Part shown: in pieces, positions 9,152 through 12,372 of the stretch
Numbering within the stretch: the first letter of the stretch is position 1
Layout: every line of letters starts with the position of its first letter
DNA from: Atribacterota bacterium
GTDB taxonomy: Bacteria > Atribacterota > Phoenicimicrobiia > Phoenicimicrobiales > Phoenicimicrobiaceae
Reading direction: 5' to 3'
Length of the DNA: 12,372 nt
Assembly (NCBI GenBank): GCA_038203565.1
Contig: JBBRDV010000039.1
Span: 1-12,372 of the forward strand
Made by a program: the position numbers and the translations under genes
The notes under the pieces: model-generated
Seen by the model: the letters and a program-made list of their open reading frames with translations, nothing else
Database searches by the model: none
Told to the model about the DNA's origin: nothing

Positions 9152-10327
9152 CTATAGCAATTTTTCCCCTAACATACTCTTAATTTTATAAGGTCTTCCA
9201 TCCTTAATAAACAACTTAGGCACTCGTTTTTTATCAGGCATATGGATAATTTCGTAATTAATAGTTCCAATTTTTTCTGCTATTTCTTCTACGGTTATTT
9301 CTTCCTGTCCCTGCCTTCCCCATAATACTACTTCATCTCCTACTTCCACTTGAGGAAGATTGGTAACATCTATCATGGTTTGATCCATACATACCCTCCC
9401 GATTATAGGAAAACGCTTTCCTCTTACCAAAACCTCTCCTTGATTAGAAAGAAGCCGGTTGTAACCATCAGCATAACCAACTGGCAAGGAAGCAACTTTT
9501 GTTCTTCTTTTGGTAGTATAGATTCGGCCATAGCTGATACATTCTCCCGCGGGTAATTCTTTCAAAAAAATTATCCGCGTTTTAAAACTATGAGCCGGAA
9601 TCAATTTTACGGTCTTCTGTACCTCTGTAGAGGGGTATAGTCCGTATATAGAGATTCCCGGCCTTACCAAATCTAACCACATATGAGGAAAATCAAGAAG
9701 TGTAGCACTGTTTCCTACATGTTTTACCGGAATTTTTATTCCCTCTTTTTCTAAAATATTTAAGACTTCCATAAATTTTTTAAATTGTGCTTCAGTATAA
9801 GCCTTGTCTTTCTCATCCGCCACTGAAAAATGAGTAAAAATGCCTTCTATTTCCACATTTTTCAAAACCTTTACTTTTCTAACAAAGTATAAAACATGTT
9901 TGGGAAAAATTCCTATTCTTCCCATGCCGGTATCCACTTTAATATGAACCTTTACGGTCTTATTTTCTTTAACTGCAAACTTAGAAAGCTTTTCCATTGT
10001 TTCATACTTGCACACTGTAGGATTTATATTATATGATACCAACAATTCTACTTGTTGTTCTAAGGTTAAACCAAGGACTAAAATAGGAACAGCAATTCCG
10101 GCTTTGCGGAGAAAAATGCCTTCTTCTAAACGAGCGACTGCCAGTCTGGTAGCTCCATTTTTTAAAACTATTGACGAAATCTCTAAAATATCATGCCCAT
10201 AGCCATTCCCCTTAACTACCGCCATTAATTCTTTTTTTTCACCTATTAATTTTTTAATATTTCTTACATTTTGGGCAATTGCATCAAGATCTATTTCTAT
10301 CCAGGTAGATCCTAATAACTTTTGCAT
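9152..10327 (-). CDS. alr: Alanine racemase (PLP-dependent)
   Basis: WIEIDLDAI, PLP-Lys motif AVVKGNGYGH, HIKVDTGMGRIG, THFSVAD, VRPGI..YG, catalytic Tyr in ISYG, GYADG, GRVCMDQ, GTINYE. Confidence 0.96.
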   Translation of the reverse strand: MQKLLGSTWIEIDLDAIAQNVRNIKKLIGEKKELMAVVKGNGYGHDILEISSIVLKNGATRLAVARLEEGIFLRKAGIAVPILVLGLTLEQQVELLVSYNINPTVCKYETMEKLSKFAVKENKTVKVHIKVDTGMGRIGIFPKHVLYFVRKVKVLKNVEIEGIFTHFSVADEKDKAYTEAQFKKFMEVLNILEKEGIKIPVKHVGNSATLLDFPHMWLDLVRPGISIYGLYPSTEVQKTVKLIPAHSFKTRIIFLKELPAGECISYGRIYTTKRRTKVASLPVGYADGYNRLLSNQGEVLVRGKRFPIIGRVCMDQTMIDVTNLPQVEVGDEVVLWGRQGQEEITVEEIAEKIGTINYEIIHMPDKKRVPKLFIKDGRPYKIKSMLGEKLL

Positions 10328-10347
10328 AGTTTAATTTTCCCTTCTTT

Positions 10348-10379
10348 TATATCGTATATCGTATATCGTATATCGTATA
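10348..10379 (+). repeat. Heptamer tandem repeat (TATATCG)x4
   Basis: Four perfect TATATCG units at 10348-10375 followed by TATA. Confidence 0.95.
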
Positions 10380-10524
10380 AAACGTAAAATTGAAGAAAAA
10401 AGTTTTGAATTTCAAATTATGATTTTTATCTTATCGCTTTAATTTATTGGTTTAATGAAGGGATACCATGCCCTGATAAAATTAGGATTCGCAATGACAA
10501 TTGGAGCGAATTACTTTTATTTTT

Positions 10525-10545
10525 CTAACGATATACGATATGCTA
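10525..10545 (-). repeat. Inverted copy of the TATATCG heptamer array (2-3 units)
   Basis: ACGATATACGATAT (10528-10541) is the exact reverse complement of ATATCGTATATCGT. Confidence 0.85.
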
Positions 10546-10552
10546 TCTTTAA

Positions 10553-12097
10553 TTATTCTAAATTCAAAAAAGCCTGAGGTACTTGATATAAGATATCGCC
10601 GGCTATCATACCTCTTTCTCCTTTGACATCTCGGGCTAAATTACCAGCCAGGCTATGGATGTAAACCCCGGTTATTGCTGCCGAAAAATTATCGGCCCCT
10701 TGAGCTATCAAACTGCAAATTATTCCAGTAAGAACATCCCCCGAACCTCCGGTAGCCATTCCCGAATTATCACCAATATTGATATAGGCTTCTCCTTCTT
10801 TATTGGCAATAATTGTTCTAGCTCCCTTTAAAACTACCACAATCCCAAATTTTTGAGCAATTTCTCTGGTAATATCTAATTGATTATTTAAAATATAATC
10901 TATATCCTTATTTATTAGTTGAGCCATCTCTCCTGGATGAGGAGTAATCACCAGAGGAGTTTTAGTCTTTTTCAATATGGCAGGATCCTCACTTAAGCCA
11001 TATATTGCATCGGCATCAATAACTAAAGGGATGTTAGACTTTTCTATGATTTTTCTTACTAATCGTTGGGTCCCTAATTCCCGAGAAATACCAGGGCCTA
11101 TCCCTAATACAGAAAAATCTTTCATTAATTTCAAAATTGTTTCTTCTGCTTCCTCTCCTAAAGACTGTTTTACCGTTTCAGCAAGAGGAAGGGTAATCAC
11201 TTCAGTTAACTTTACTTCCATTATTTGATTTAAACTTCGAGGAATTCCTAATATCACAATACCTGCTCCACTTCTCATGGCTGCTTCGCTGGCTAAATAA
11301 GCTGCTCCAGTCATACCAACCGAACCAGCTAAGATTAAGACTTTGCCGAAAGAGCCTTTGTGTGAATAAGTTGCACGAAACGGTAGAAGTGATTTGACTA
11401 TCTCTTTGGTTACCAGATTAGTTTTTATTTTACTATTTTTTAAAAGATAAGAAGGTATGCCAATGTCTTCAACTTTTACCTTTCCTGCAAAGCTTGCTCC
11501 AGGAAAAAGCAGTAAACCAATTTTTGGCAGTGCTAAAGTAATAGTATGAGTTGCTTTGATGCATGGTCCTTCAATCTTTCCTGAATCTGCATTTAAACCA
11601 GAAGGAACATCAATTGCAACTACTTCCTTGTTAGCCACATTAATCAAATTTATTATCTCAGCTTTTAAGTCAATCACCCTTCCCTGCAATCCGGTTCCTA
11701 ATATAGCATCAATAATCAAATCAGAATTTTGTATGGCTTTTTGTATCTCTTCGAGTTTTACTGTTTCTACTTCAATTAATTCGACTCCCATTTTATCAAT
11801 TATATTTAAATTTTCTCCTGCCTCATCTTTAATTTTATGAAAAGGAGCCAGGAGAAATACTTTTACTTTCACTCCATAATCATAAAGATGACGGGCAACT
11901 ACAAAACCATCTCCACCGTTATTGCCCGATCCAGCAAAGATTATAATCTTTTTTAATCTTAAGTCTGAATAAATATCTTTCAAGCTTTGAAATATTCTTA
12001 ATCCAGCATTTTCCATTAAAGCAAGACCAGATATTTTATTTTCCTCTATTGCTTTGCGATCAATTTCTCTCATTTGCTGACTGGTAACTACCTTCAT
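10553..12097 (-). CDS. nnr: Bifunctional NAD(P)H-hydrate repair enzyme (NAD(P)HX epimerase YjeF_N fused to the dehydratase domain)
   Basis: LMENAG, GSGNNGGDG, DAILGTG, IDVPSG (epimerase domain); SHKGSFG, GIGPG, VIDADA, TPHPGE, VLKG, ATGGSGDVLTG (dehydratase domain); 514 aa. Confidence 0.97.
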   Translation of the reverse strand: MKVVTSQQMREIDRKAIEENKISGLALMENAGLRIFQSLKDIYSDLRLKKIIIFAGSGNNGGDGFVVARHLYDYGVKVKVFLLAPFHKIKDEAGENLNIIDKMGVELIEVETVKLEEIQKAIQNSDLIIDAILGTGLQGRVIDLKAEIINLINVANKEVVAIDVPSGLNADSGKIEGPCIKATHTITLALPKIGLLLFPGASFAGKVKVEDIGIPSYLLKNSKIKTNLVTKEIVKSLLPFRATYSHKGSFGKVLILAGSVGMTGAAYLASEAAMRSGAGIVILGIPRSLNQIMEVKLTEVITLPLAETVKQSLGEEAEETILKLMKDFSVLGIGPGISRELGTQRLVRKIIEKSNIPLVIDADAIYGLSEDPAILKKTKTPLVITPHPGEMAQLINKDIDYILNNQLDITREIAQKFGIVVVLKGARTIIANKEGEAYINIGDNSGMATGGSGDVLTGIICSLIAQGADNFSAAITGVYIHSLAGNLARDVKGERGMIAGDILYQVPQAFLNLE

Positions 12098-12116
12098 AAG
12101 ATAACTCCCATTAAAT

Positions 12117-12248
12117 TAGTCGTTAGTGAATAGTGAATAGTCGTTAGTTTTAAATACAAGTTGCAAGATACAAGTGTTTATAATTTACCAATTGACCTAT
12201 TGACCAATTTACCAATTAATATGTCGTTAGTATATAGTATAGCGTATA
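12117..12248. repeat. Mosaic of consecutive 7- and 8-nt tandem repeat arrays
   Basis: TAGTCGT/TAGTGAA x5 (12117-12151); TACAAGT/TGCAAGA x3 (12155-12175); TTTACCAA/TTGACCTA x4 (12184-12215); ATGTCGT TAGTATA TAGTATA GCGTATA (12221-12248). Confidence 0.88.
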
Positions 12249-12337
12249 TTTTTGAATTAAAAAAATGTTTGTACTAATCAAATTAAAAGCTTAAAGTGAA
12301 AAGCGAAAAACCATAATTCAAAACTCTTATTTAGTTA

Positions 12338-12365
12338 GTACGGGCAGACCTTGTGTCTGCCCGTA
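12338..12365. repeat. GC-rich palindrome, REP-like
   Basis: TACGGGCAGAC-cttgt-GTCTGCCCGTA: 11-bp perfect stem with 5-nt loop in AT-rich DNA; no T-tract on the plus strand. Confidence 0.65.
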
Positions 12366-12372
12366 GGACAAA

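Noticed and set aside
9152..10327. Alr with altered specificity (VKGNGYGHD instead of VKANAYGHG)
   Set aside because: Catalytic Lys and Tyr and the other motifs are intact and the synteny is canonical; the substitutions alone do not support a new function
12117..12372. CRISPR array or tRNA/ncRNA in the repeat-rich spacers
   Set aside because: Repeats are 7-8 nt tandem units with no 23-47 nt repeat-spacer structure, no cas genes, and no cloverleaf motifs

Overview
AT-rich bacterial chromosomal segment of housekeeping genes in two converging blocks. Plus strand: 5'-truncated glycine decarboxylase subunit 2 (gcvPB), gcvT and an alanine/glycine:cation symporter. Minus strand: nnr, alr, tsaE, tsaB, rimI, tsaD, groES, groEL, with a perfect CIRCE operator upstream of groES. 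The blocks meet at a 21-bp-stem bidirectional terminator. The proteins are ordinary; the unusual signal is intergenic. (1) The symporter leader has no glycine riboswitch. It has a SigH-type promoter followed by a degenerate 47-nt periodicity carrying three 8-codon mini-ORFs, two of them behind perfect AGGAGGTGA Shine-Dalgarno sites with ATA starts. (2) The spacers around nnr, alr and tsaE are mosaics of 7- and 8-nt tandem repeats, some in inverted orientation or shared between spacers, plus REP-like palindromes. These may be footprints of small mobile elements. Overall style suggests a low-GC anaerobe, possibly Atribacterota/JS1-like, but that is an unverified impression.
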